The notes under the pieces were generated by a model that saw only the letters and a program-made list of their open reading frames with translations, had not been told where the DNA came from and did no database searches. Positions 1-11,955 of a stretch of 44,820 bases of DNA are shown piece after piece (position 1 is the stretch's first letter; every line of letters begins with the position of its first letter). The position numbers and the translations under genes were made by a program. Origin of the DNA: Candidatus Hadarchaeota archaeon (GTDB taxonomy: Archaea; CAYQAE01; CAYVLA01); assembly GCA_964452145.1 (NCBI GenBank), contig CAYVLA010000014.1:206-45025 (forward strand), in the 5' to 3' direction.

Positions 1-48
1 ATTCGACGGTGAGAAGTCTATATCAGGCAGTGGGCAGAGGGTTAGGCG

Positions 49-882
49 ATGAGGATCGGAGTCCATGTTTCAATTGCGGGGGGGCTTCCGAAGGCGATAG
101 AGAGAGCCAAGATCAGGGGATGCGACACGATCCAGATCTTCGCCAGAACCCCGCGAGCCTGGAAGGCCAAGCCCTGGGACCCCGAGGAGGTGGCAAAGTT
201 CAAATCGTCGAGGCGCGAATCTGGCATCTCACCGGTCTTCATCCATACGTGCTACCTCCTCAACCTCGCAGGCCCGAACGCCGAGCTTCGCAGGAAATCC
301 ATAGATGCTTTGGTCGATGACCTGCGAAGGGCCGAGATGGGGGGAGTCGAGTACGTGGTGACCCATCCTGGGAGCAGCCCGGATCTCGATGGCGGCCTGA
401 GGAGAGTCAGGGAAGCTTGTCTTGAGGCCGTCGATCTAGCAGGGGGCAGATCTCGCATCCTCATCGAAAACGTCTCGGGGGGAGGAGGCAAAGTCGGTGC
501 GTCCTTTGAGGAACTTGCAGAGATTGTTGGCGGCACGGAATTCGGGATCTGTCTGGATACATGCCATGCCTTTGCGGCGGGGTACGTCCTGGACGAGGAG
601 CCCGCCAAGGTCCTGGACCAGTTGGACGAGGTTATTGGGTTGCGCAAGCTAGAGGCGCTGCACCTGAATGATTCCTTCGGGGCACGCGGTTCCCATGTCG
701 ATCACCACCAGCATATCGGGAAAGGCGAGATCGGGATGCAGGGCTTCCGGAGAATCCTCGGCGAACCTAGGATGAGGGCCGTGCCCGGGGTACTTGAGAC
801 GCCCCAGAGGGCTGGGGATGACCCGACCGACGACCTGATCAACCTGTCCGCGTTGCGGAGCATATTGGACGAGTTCAGATAG
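49..882 (+). CDS. nfo: Endonuclease IV (AP endonuclease family 2)
   Basis: MRIGVHVSIAGG start; Zn-ligand motifs HTCYLLNL, HPGS, IEN, CLDTCH, HLNDS, DHHQHIG, ETP. Confidence 0.95.
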   Translation: MRIGVHVSIAGGLPKAIERAKIRGCDTIQIFARTPRAWKAKPWDPEEVAKFKSSRRESGISPVFIHTCYLLNLAGPNAELRRKSIDALVDDLRRAEMGGVEYVVTHPGSSPDLDGGLRRVREACLEAVDLAGGRSRILIENVSGGGGKVGASFEELAEIVGGTEFGICLDTCHAFAAGYVLDEEPAKVLDQLDEVIGLRKLEALHLNDSFGARGSHVDHHQHIGKGEIGMQGFRRILGEPRMRAVPGVLETPQRAGDDPTDDLINLSALRSILDEFR

Positions 883-916
883 CGATCCTCGTGATCTTGA
901 TTCTGTCCGATCCGGG

Positions 917-1423
917 CTATTTCCCGGCGGATTTTAGGTAGAGGTTTACGTTTTCGAGCTTCCTGACCAGGCGCCTATAGTCATCCAGGGCACGTCTGAC
1001 TCTGCGTGCGTATTCCCTTGAGTTGAGTTCCAAACCGCACTCGGGACAGAAACACCGCCTGCCCCTGCCCTCGATCCTGAGACGAGACGAGCACACATCG
1101 CAGAGACCGTAGATTGACAGTGGGAAGCTGAGAACGAAAGGCCAAGTCGCCGGATCCTTCGTCTCGGGCGGGAAACACGAGTTGTACCAGATTCTGAAGA
1201 GGTGTGCAACTTGGATCATGAAGCTGTAGAGCAGATCGAAATCTAGGGCACGGTTACTGCTCGGGATGAAGGATATGAGCAACGCTATCAGGCCCAAAAC
1301 GAGGATCGACGTGGGGATGAAAGCCGGAAGGCCCACGTCAGGGTGGGTAAGCACCACCAATATGCCGGCTAGAAAGACAAAGGTTATCCCCAACATGATT
1401 CGGTTCACTCTTCTATTGCCCAA
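917..1423 (-). CDS. Hypothetical membrane protein with Zn-ribbon
   Basis: Two N-terminal hydrophobic helices, then CDVC...CPEC Cys pairs and a C-terminal helix; GGAGG upstream of a TTG start. Confidence 0.6.
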   Translation of the reverse strand: MGNRRVNRIMLGITFVFLAGILVVLTHPDVGLPAFIPTSILVLGLIALLISFIPSSNRALDFDLLYSFMIQVAHLFRIWYNSCFPPETKDPATWPFVLSFPLSIYGLCDVCSSRLRIEGRGRRCFCPECGLELNSREYARRVRRALDDYRRLVRKLENVNLYLKSAGK

Positions 1424-1500
1424 GGCTCATCCTCCGGCTCGCCCTGAATCTCGGCGCGCAGTCTCTTAATGATTACCGAAAGAGAAGGAGGGCCGAAATA

Positions 1501-3899
<2,399 letters not shown>

Positions 3900-3937
3900 C
3901 TTGGATATCCGGGTTGAACTATCTTACTGAAGATGTC

Positions 3938-4879
3938 CTAGCACAGCCGATGTCCCATGTGAAGCGAGACCTTATCTATGAAGTCCTCCCAGTTTCTGCC
4001 GAAGACTTCGGCGGCCTCCGGATGCGCTGCCGTGATCGCGCTGACCGATTCCCTGTCTGCCCGGATCGGGTCCGATGAAGCAACGAAGCCCAGATCAGGC
4101 GAAACGGTCGGGCCGGGATTCTGGCTGCAATCGCAGAATCTGGTCACGCGGTTTAGCTCGTTGATGAAAAAGACCCTGCCGAAGCATCCAAGGACTGCCT
4201 TGCAGGTTTCCGCGTATCTCTTATAGCACTCCTCCATGGCTCCTACCGGCCTGTAGAGCCCACCGTTCTTGCATGCATTGAGACAACGCTCGCAAGCCGG
4301 GCAGTTGCTGAGACTCAGCTGTACGCCCTCGCCCAAAGTCACAAAACCGAAAGGGCAGGCCTCGGTGCATGCTCCGCATCTCTTGCAGCTATCCGCTCTG
4401 TATCTAGGCCAAGCGGCCGAATGTATGTACCTCTTCCCCGTCTTGGTGACGCATCCCATAGCTACGTTCTTCACCGATCCGGCAAATCCAGTTGTGATGT
4501 GGCCTGTGGCGTGGGAGAATACGAGTAGGCAGTCCGCGTCGAGAAGGGCTTTCGCGACATCGATGGATCCAGCTCGGCCGCCACCCTCCGAATCCGCGAT
4601 GATGACGGGGCAGCCGATGGATCTCTCGGTGAATCCATTCATGGCGGCCGTCTCCAGATAGTCCTTCACGGTTGCTCTCTTTCTCTGGTACAGCGTCGTC
4701 GTATCGGTCACGAACGCACGGGCGCCTCCGGACAGGACACGCTCAACCAAGGAGCGAACGTCCTCGGGTCGCACATGGCTGTGGTTGCCCCTCTCTCCCA
4801 TGTGGATCTTGATCGCAACGAGTTCATCGCTGGCATATTGCGGGAGGGGGACATCATCGATAGAGGCGTAGAGCTTCAC
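3938..4879 (-). CDS. DUF362-domain Fe-S protein with inserted 2x[4Fe-4S] ferredoxin domain
   Basis: VAIKIHMGERGN, TDTTTLY, SHATGH, KNVAMGC, CKRCGACTEACP, CPACERCLNAC, CDC; GTG 4879 follows GAGGTGG. Confidence 0.85.
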   Translation of the reverse strand: MKLYASIDDVPLPQYASDELVAIKIHMGERGNHSHVRPEDVRSLVERVLSGGARAFVTDTTTLYQRKRATVKDYLETAAMNGFTERSIGCPVIIADSEGGGRAGSIDVAKALLDADCLLVFSHATGHITTGFAGSVKNVAMGCVTKTGKRYIHSAAWPRYRADSCKRCGACTEACPFGFVTLGEGVQLSLSNCPACERCLNACKNGGLYRPVGAMEECYKRYAETCKAVLGCFGRVFFINELNRVTRFCDCSQNPGPTVSPDLGFVASSDPIRADRESVSAITAAHPEAAEVFGRNWEDFIDKVSLHMGHRLC

Positions 4880-5028
4880 GGAGATCCACCTCAATCGCTT
4901 CCGGCCTGCTCACCGACCGGGTTCGAACCACCCCGTCGAAGGCTTGCCTCCCAAAGGCGTCCTGCGACTCTAATAACTCTTGCTTTCCGTTTTGCCTCTC
5001 CTTTGTCTCAAGCAACCTGTGGGAGTAC

Positions 5029-8000
5029 TTACAGTCCCCGCCTTCTGCGCCGACTCCAATTCGTCTTGGCGAGAACGGCGTACGCAGTCAACACAGCGGC
5101 AAGTGCCGCTGTCCCGCCAAGCCAGCCGGCCGGGACTCGTGCCTTGACGAGGAAGACGACCTTGCTACGTGCTGTGTTTCCCACCGCATCAGTCGCCAGG
5201 ACGGATATGGTGTGAGTTCCGGGGCCGATCCTGGTCCCGATCTCGTACGGTTCTCCATCGAGAATTGTGATGATGGTTACCTTGCCGCCCTCGTCTCTGG
5301 CCTCGATCTTGGGGATCAGTGAGCCTCTGTACCTGGCTCCCTCTCGGACACTCATGGTGATGCTGGGCGGAGTTGTATCGACCGAGAAAGTGATGAAGAG
5401 GCTAGCGAGATTGTTCGCGCGATCGACCGCACTTATGATCAAGATGTGTTGTCCGTCCCCTATCGCTGTGCCGGGAGTGAAAGGATCCCCGTTAAGCAGC
5501 CAAGCAACGGTCGGTGATTCATCAAGGGAATCGTGAACCTCAAGCTGGGGCCATATCGGTGAGCTGTAGCAGGTAGCGTTTTGCAGATTGCTCATGCGGA
5601 GAACTGGAGGCGTGCCATCTACGTAGAACGTGATGCTGAGCTTCCGCGAATTCCCTGCCCAGTCCCGAGCGTCGATCTGGAGGTTGTGCTTGCCCTCGCC
5701 CACCAGCATCGGAGCAGTGTGCGGCAGATCGTCCATGAGCGCTTGCCAATAGGGGTCGGGATCCAGATCGTCTGCCACCTTCCAGCTCACACTGACGGGC
5801 TCATTACTCCACGATAGGTCGGCCACGCTGGCCCAGATCGTCGGTGGCTGAACGTCCACGATGAAATCGGAGGTGATGACGTGGGCATTGCCAGCCCTAT
5901 CGGAAGCGGACAGATGAAGGATGTGAGCACCGGGAAGCACGACACTGCCTCGGTATTCAGCTCCATCCAGCAGGATCTGTCCCGCCGGTGATGGGTCAAG
6001 GTCGTCCTCCCAGAAGCAGGAAACCACCACCAAGTGATCGAAAACGGCGCCAGGGGTAATATTCGCCCAAATCCTGGGCGGCAGCATGTCTACCACGAAG
6101 TGGCGGGATATCAAACGACTGTTCCCCGCTCGGTCGGTTGAGATGGCTTCTATCCGGTGCGCGCCATGGCCGATCGGGGTTCCATCGACATAGGGCCGAT
6201 CATCCAGACTGATGTTCAGGAGAGGGCGCGGATCCATGTCATCTCTGGTCTGGACTCCAACCCGCACCGTTCGGTTGTACCAAGCACCGTCCATTACCCC
6301 GGATATGCCGATGTCCGGGGGCTTTGTATCCACGGCGATCCGCAGTATCACGGAGTGCGAGTTGCCCGCCCCATCGACGGCCATCATTTCGATGAGATGG
6401 AATCCGTCCGTCAAGGCAATCGACGAGGCGAAACGGTGAAGAACCAATAGGCGGCCGGCCTCGTCTTCTATGAGCGTTTGGTTCACCTCGCCAGGTTCGA
6501 TCCAGGGCCCCCCGTCTATTCGTAGGCTGCTTTGACTAATCCAGGTTCCACTATCCATTGCCGCCCAAACAAGCCTCGCAGGGCTCGTGATGTAGGTGCC
6601 GTTGGACCGTGGCTGGGCCGTCTCGACGAGAGGAGGAGTTGTATCGATCCAGAAGGTTACTTCGACCCGTCGGCTCCAGCCTGCCCGATCTTCTGTTAGG
6701 ACGGACAGGACGTGGCGCCCCTCCTCCGCCACCTCTCCTCCTGCGAAGGGCGATCCGTCGAGCTCGACCCTCGTATCAGGGGCGGGGTCGACCGCGTCTC
6801 GCACCTCGAATTGAGGCGTTATCGAGGAACCATAGACTGTGCTGTTCTGTATGTTCACAAACACCACACTCGGAGGATTGTTGTCCACGCTAACGTTCAT
6901 CGACCTAGTATCGCAGAGAACTCCGTCGCTGAGATTGGCAACGAGGAGGTAGGTTCCATCTCCGAGGCCCGATGTCGGCACCACCATGGAGAAGATGCCT
7001 TGCGGAATCTCGGACTCCAGATGCAGTCCCGCCACATCGATTCTGAGCGTGAGAGGGTCGCCGTTCGGGTCGTAAGCCGAGCCCGATATGGTGGCATTTC
7101 CAGTCAAGATGGCCTGGTCCAACTCCGGCAATTCCAGAATGGGCCTGTACAGATCAAGCAATGGCGCCGAGAGCCTAGCCGCACTTCTTGCGAAGCGCAA
7201 GCCGAAGACGGCCTCACCGAGTGCTGAGATCTCGTCCGTTTCCATGAGATGCAGCGAGAACTCGAATCTGCTGACGGATAGTATCGGTTCAACCCCAATT
7301 GACCTTGAATTCTCGATAGCGACGCGCGCATCCAGCTCCGACCTACTGGCCATAATCCTCATCAGAGCCACGGCATCCGCTTCATTCTCGGCCCTAACAA
7401 GTACGTTGATGAACTCGATCGCCAGGCCCGATCGGACCTCGGATTCCAGAGCTTCGAAGACCGCCATATCCCAGAGCCCTTCCTCGACGCCCAGCTGGGC
7501 CCTGGCAAGGGACTCATATGGATCGATGAACCCATATTCGGGCATGAGGAAGACGACCCATTGAATCGGTAGCAGGATCTCTTCGTACAGGAGGTCCGCA
7601 TAGGTCGCGAGAATGGCCGCGTCCGCGACCAACCTCTCAGCCAGGTCCCTCAGATCATCGGGGCGGGGAATCAACAGACTTGGAGTCCCCGAGCTGATGT
7701 ATAGCCAAAACCTTGCTGTGTGGGCCCTTTCCAAGGCGTAGGCCGCATGGTAGAGCGCAAGATCATCGTACTGCAGATATCGGAGGTACATCGAATCCTG
7801 TAGGCTGGCCTTGGCTTCCTCTGCTCTAGATTGTGCCGCCGCGTGCGACTGGAGCCCGGTTATTCCCCGTATCTCGGCTGAGGCCATGAAGGCCTCGACA
7901 TCACGGATCTCGTCCTCCACCTCTGTCCAGATTTCCCCGATCACCGCGTCCCTGTCGGTTTCGGCTGCGGAGTAGAATCTGACATTGTAGGATACTGACG

Positions 8001-8919
8001 TGGTCCGGATCTTGGACTGGAATGCCTTGCTGGAGGCCACGTAGAACCAGGATCGATTATAGGCCTGGTAGCCCAGGAGGATGTCCTCCTCCGATATCGC
8101 AAGTTGTGATTCGAGGCTGGATCTGAGGGGCTCCCCAATGCCTGAGGCTGATAGATCGTCTCGGACAATCGACAGCATCTCGGTGGCCTGGGCCAACTCA
8201 TCGAGCGAATGTGTCTCCAGCATCTCCAGGTAGACCTCGATCGGGACTGGGATCGGGGGATAGCTTCTGGGTCGATACTCTAGATCGGTGAACCATAGGA
8301 CTGCCTCTCGAATGTCTCCTATCTCCACGACGGTCAGGTTCCACCTCTCTCGGGCCAGCTCCGTGACGTTGACGATCTCCAAAGTTGTCAGATTGTAGCT
8401 CATCGACTGTCCTTCGGGAACCAGGAAATACCGCGCCCCTGCAAGGTGCGCCGCAACGGCTTTCTCAGGAATTCCCCCCACGACACCGATCGCACCGTCA
8501 GGCGTTATCATGCCGGTCATGATTACGTCGCTCCTCATCTTCACGCCCTCGATCAGAGCAGTCATGGCCACCGCCATGGCACCCCCGGCACTTGGTCCCC
8601 CTATGATGGTGGTATCGGCATACAGAGTGACGTAGAAGTCTCTGGTTCGCAGATCCCTTCCCGTCAACTCCGCCGCGACCATGGCGGCTACTCGGGCCGA
8701 GCCCTGCATATCCATCTGTGTCAGGGCGCGCGTATTCACGAAGACCTCGCCGGTGCCGGGGGTCATCATCCTGATGTTGAGCCTCACCGGGACCCCGATC
8801 GCCAGACCGCTGTCATCCTGGGACACGGCGGGCACCGTTACGTCGATCTCGGTGAAGGTCTGACAGACTGCAACAGGCAGAGAAACCAGGACCACTAGTA
8901 GGGCTACTTGGCGCAACAA
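5029..8919 (-). CDS. Archaeal S16 (Lon-like, no ATPase domain) serine protease with Ig-like repeats and a C-terminal TM anchor
   Basis: Signal peptide; catalytic GPSAG Ser and VGGIPEK Lys; MTGMITPDG; seven (V/I)DxxPP domain junctions; TM followed by RRRRR tail. Confidence 0.88.
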   Translation of the reverse strand: MLRQVALLVVLVSLPVAVCQTFTEIDVTVPAVSQDDSGLAIGVPVRLNIRMMTPGTGEVFVNTRALTQMDMQGSARVAAMVAAELTGRDLRTRDFYVTLYADTTIIGGPSAGGAMAVAMTALIEGVKMRSDVIMTGMITPDGAIGVVGGIPEKAVAAHLAGARYFLVPEGQSMSYNLTTLEIVNVTELARERWNLTVVEIGDIREAVLWFTDLEYRPRSYPPIPVPIEVYLEMLETHSLDELAQATEMLSIVRDDLSASGIGEPLRSSLESQLAISEEDILLGYQAYNRSWFYVASSKAFQSKIRTTSVSYNVRFYSAAETDRDAVIGEIWTEVEDEIRDVEAFMASAEIRGITGLQSHAAAQSRAEEAKASLQDSMYLRYLQYDDLALYHAAYALERAHTARFWLYISSGTPSLLIPRPDDLRDLAERLVADAAILATYADLLYEEILLPIQWVVFLMPEYGFIDPYESLARAQLGVEEGLWDMAVFEALESEVRSGLAIEFINVLVRAENEADAVALMRIMASRSELDARVAIENSRSIGVEPILSVSRFEFSLHLMETDEISALGEAVFGLRFARSAARLSAPLLDLYRPILELPELDQAILTGNATISGSAYDPNGDPLTLRIDVAGLHLESEIPQGIFSMVVPTSGLGDGTYLLVANLSDGVLCDTRSMNVSVDNNPPSVVFVNIQNSTVYGSSITPQFEVRDAVDPAPDTRVELDGSPFAGGEVAEEGRHVLSVLTEDRAGWSRRVEVTFWIDTTPPLVETAQPRSNGTYITSPARLVWAAMDSGTWISQSSLRIDGGPWIEPGEVNQTLIEDEAGRLLVLHRFASSIALTDGFHLIEMMAVDGAGNSHSVILRIAVDTKPPDIGISGVMDGAWYNRTVRVGVQTRDDMDPRPLLNISLDDRPYVDGTPIGHGAHRIEAISTDRAGNSRLISRHFVVDMLPPRIWANITPGAVFDHLVVVSCFWEDDLDPSPAGQILLDGAEYRGSVVLPGAHILHLSASDRAGNAHVITSDFIVDVQPPTIWASVADLSWSNEPVSVSWKVADDLDPDPYWQALMDDLPHTAPMLVGEGKHNLQIDARDWAGNSRKLSITFYVDGTPPVLRMSNLQNATCYSSPIWPQLEVHDSLDESPTVAWLLNGDPFTPGTAIGDGQHILIISAVDRANNLASLFITFSVDTTPPSITMSVREGARYRGSLIPKIEARDEGGKVTIITILDGEPYEIGTRIGPGTHTISVLATDAVGNTARSKVVFLVKARVPAGWLGGTAALAAVLTAYAVLAKTNWSRRRRRGL

Positions 8920-9073
8920 TGCTCATCTGCCTTGCTTCTGTGCTAATTAAGATTGCTTCAGGAAATCAAAAACGGTTCAGGATTCAGAATGTGATGAACC
9001 TGAGCTGATAGGCCCGCAGCACATATAAATCCGGGTCCTCGTTGGGCATCGAACACGAAGCGGATGATCGTCC

Positions 9074-9967
9074 TTGCAGATCACGATCGAGCGAACCCCT
9101 TTCGGTCGGGCCATCAGGCAATTCGTTCAGCAAAATGGTCAGAAAAGCGATCTGCTGCCTGCGCTGCAGGAACGCCTGGATCCGCGGTCGATCTGGATGG
9201 CAGCGCGGCTTGGGAAGTCGATCGTCGGGATAGCGGGACTATCGATGGACCAGGAGATGGTCAGGGTGACGGATCTCTGCGTGGCCCCGTTGTGGAGAAG
9301 GAAGGGTATCGGTACTTCCCTTCTGGGGAGATGCGTGCAGGAGGCCAGAATTGCTGCCAGGAGTCGCGTAGTCGTGTCCGGCATCGACAGCCGCAATATG
9401 GAGGGAAGACGCTTCTTGGAGTCCCGGGGGTTCACTATCCTCAACGACTACGTCAGAATGGAATGGGTGCCTCAGACGCTGCCTGATGTGAGCCTCCCCA
9501 ACGGTTACGAGGTCAGGACGTTTCGCGAAGGAGATGAGCAAGCCTGGGCGGAATGCATCAACAGGGCATACTCAACCCAGAGAGACAAGACCAACTGGAC
9601 CTCCCAAAGCGTCCGGGAGAAGTTCGTGAACACCCCTTCCTTCATGCCAGACGGGACGTTCTTCGTCTTGCGCGAAGGAAGAATGGTGGGCACGTTCATT
9701 GCTTGGCGCGAGGTGGAGGCGGGGGCCAGGAGGGGCAGGCTCCACTGGCTGGGAGTGGATCCCGACCATAGGAACAAGGGCATTGCCACGTTCCTGACCG
9801 TGACGGTGATCCGCTATCTTCTGTCCCGAGGCCTGGATTCAGTCTTTCTAGATACGAGTTACTCCCTCCCGGTGGCAATGGGCATCTACAGAAAGCTTGG
9901 CTTCTTGGAGACGCCTCGGCTTTTCGACTATTTCAAGGACCTTGCCCAGACACCCTCGTCGACATAG
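9074..9967 (+). CDS. Tandem GNAT acetyltransferase (MshD-like)
   Basis: Two acetyl-CoA motifs (VAPLWRRKGIG, VDPDHRNKGIA); FLESRGF and YRKLGF. Confidence 0.88.
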   Translation: MQITIERTPFGRAIRQFVQQNGQKSDLLPALQERLDPRSIWMAARLGKSIVGIAGLSMDQEMVRVTDLCVAPLWRRKGIGTSLLGRCVQEARIAARSRVVVSGIDSRNMEGRRFLESRGFTILNDYVRMEWVPQTLPDVSLPNGYEVRTFREGDEQAWAECINRAYSTQRDKTNWTSQSVREKFVNTPSFMPDGTFFVLREGRMVGTFIAWREVEAGARRGRLHWLGVDPDHRNKGIATFLTVTVIRYLLSRGLDSVFLDTSYSLPVAMGIYRKLGFLETPRLFDYFKDLAQTPSST

Positions 9968-10766
9968 CCTCCATGTAGTAGGTCCTGTAATCAACGATCC
10001 TGATCCCTCGGCCCAGGGCATGCTCAATGAGGCCCCTGATGACGGACATCTCCGGGTCGGATCTGATCGACGACCAATCATGGCTGCCATGGCTCCAGAC
10101 AATCCCTCGATCCGCGACCATGTCCGCGGTTTTTCTGAGCATTGCCAGGTAACCACTTAGGTTATCCCATCCGTTTACGTTCCTCCAGTGCACGTCCTGC
10201 CAACCGTGAAGGGCAAATTCGAGGATGTTAGGGAAGCCTTGAGCCTGATACCAGAACGGCTGGATGTCGAACGGCACCGGTTGGTAGTCCTTGTGGTCTC
10301 TGGCCCAGGTCCTAGTGAAGCATATGCCGTTGCGGTCCAGGATCTCGAGAATGTCGGGACGATCGCAGAGACCGCGGTAGTAACCCCAAGGCCCGGTGAG
10401 CCCCTGGCATTCGACCCCAAGCTTCTCCTTGAGGATGCGGTTGGCGCGGGAGATTTCATCCTCGATCTGTTCGAGCGATCCGGCCTTAACCACAGTGATC
10501 CTCTTCCCGTCATCCATACACACCGTCTTGAGCAACATGTGGGAGTAGGTGTGTTGCTGGTAATCGAACAGTCTGCACCTTCGATGTAGATCTGCTAGCT
10601 CCCGCCAATTGTTCTCGACAACCTTGCCCACGAGGAAGAAGGTCGCCGGTGCCGAGAACTCCTTGTGTATCTCTTCCACCTTCGAAAGGAAACGACTGAC
10701 GATGCCGGGGTCTGCCGAGTTCTCGACGTCGTAACCTATCAGGAGCGTTGGAACCTGGTTGGGCAT
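9933..10766 (-). CDS. Polysaccharide deacetylase (CE4/NodB) family protein
   Basis: GYDVE, PATFFLVG, QQHTYSH metal motifs; HDW. Confidence 0.85.
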   Translation of the reverse strand: MPNQVPTLLIGYDVENSADPGIVSRFLSKVEEIHKEFSAPATFFLVGKVVENNWRELADLHRRCRLFDYQQHTYSHMLLKTVCMDDGKRITVVKAGSLEQIEDEISRANRILKEKLGVECQGLTGPWGYYRGLCDRPDILEILDRNGICFTRTWARDHKDYQPVPFDIQPFWYQAQGFPNILEFALHGWQDVHWRNVNGWDNLSGYLAMLRKTADMVADRGIVWSHGSHDWSSIRSDPEMSVIRGLIEHALGRGIRIVDYRTYYMEAMSTRVSGQGP

Positions 10767-10826
10767 GAACAGACGCGAGGCGCGGAGAGGGATAAATGTT
10801 GGCAGAGAGTAGGTGGCCTAGTCGGC

Positions 10827-11912
10827 CTAGGAGTATCGACCATACTTTCTCACCGTGTCCACCAGCGTGAGGTAGTTCTCCACGGGAACGCTGTCCGGAA
10901 CGGAATGGGACGAGCCACAGACATAGCCTCCGCCCTGTCCCGCGACGGCGATCTTCTGCTCCACCTCGCGACGTACATCCTGCGTGCTTCCGAATGGAAG
11001 GGTGTTGGAGTTGTCTATGTTCCCCATGAAGGCTATCTCGTCGCCGTACAGGGGTTTCAGTTCCAGAACGTTCATTCCCGCGATCGCGTCTATGGGTTGG
11101 AGCGCGGTTATTCCGGCATCGATGAAGTCGGGCAGAATCGGCCGAACATCGCCATCGGTGTGCAGGATCACCAATCCGTCCTTCTTCCTGACGGCTTGGT
11201 ATGTTCTTCGGTGGTGGGGATAGAAGATGCGTCGATATGTCTTGGCGTTCATGAAGGGCCCATGGTTGTCGGCGATGTCCCCAAAGAACCAGAATCCATC
11301 CGCCCCCAGATCCATAGCATATTCAGCAACGCCGACGAAGTAGTCCGTCAAGGCCCTCAGAAGCTTCCTCAGTGCCCTAGGCTCCCTGTAGATCCACTCC
11401 AGAAGCGTCCCAAACCCGACCACCCTCCAGGCGGCCTCATAGTGTTCCAGACCAGTTGGCGTCACGAAGCGGTCCGCCCTGGCAGCCCTGATCTCTTCAC
11501 CCAGTCTGCCCCACCTCTCGGGCTTGTCGGGCCGATCCCATGTCGCTATGTAGTCGTCCAGCTGCTCGGGAGTCTTCACCGGGTGCTCGAGGAATTGCGG
11601 AACGGTGGTCCCGGTCTTCAGTTCCCTGACCACGTAACCCCAATCCGTGTGTACGATTCTCTCCTTCTCGTTCTCGCTGATGGTCTTGGTGCCGGCACTT
11701 CTCGTACACCACCCAGGGGTTCCCGGGGTGGAGAGTTCGTTGAGGCCCAGCTTCTCGTAAACGTTTGCGTTGTTGCTCAGCCTGAGATGTCTGCGCATCT
11801 TCTCGTGGAAACCCGACCAGAAGGAATCCTGAATCGGTACCCTGTCGGGCTCCTCCAGATGCAGCGTTGCGGAGAGCCTCTCCCTGGCATTCACATCCAT
11901 CGCCTTCGCCAT
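10827..11912 (-). CDS. Uroporphyrinogen decarboxylase / MtaA-CmuA methyltransferase superfamily protein
   Basis: EPDRVPI, FFGDIA, LHTDG, FMGNID, GGGYVCGSSHSVP...PVENY. Confidence 0.85.
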   Translation of the reverse strand: MAKAMDVNARERLSATLHLEEPDRVPIQDSFWSGFHEKMRRHLRLSNNANVYEKLGLNELSTPGTPGWCTRSAGTKTISENEKERIVHTDWGYVVRELKTGTTVPQFLEHPVKTPEQLDDYIATWDRPDKPERWGRLGEEIRAARADRFVTPTGLEHYEAAWRVVGFGTLLEWIYREPRALRKLLRALTDYFVGVAEYAMDLGADGFWFFGDIADNHGPFMNAKTYRRIFYPHHRRTYQAVRKKDGLVILHTDGDVRPILPDFIDAGITALQPIDAIAGMNVLELKPLYGDEIAFMGNIDNSNTLPFGSTQDVRREVEQKIAVAGQGGGYVCGSSHSVPDSVPVENYLTLVDTVRKYGRYS

Positions 11913-11955
11913 CGCGCGGGCAAGACCCGCCTCATATGTGTGTCCTCCTCGTCGA

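Noticed and set aside
1..52. 3' end of an upstream gene overlapping nfo (ATGA)
   Set aside because: Plausible, but too short to identify or to fix the frame
4915..4935. GGGTTCGAACC resembling a tRNA T-loop
   Set aside because: I could not build an acceptor, D or anticodon arm around it on either strand
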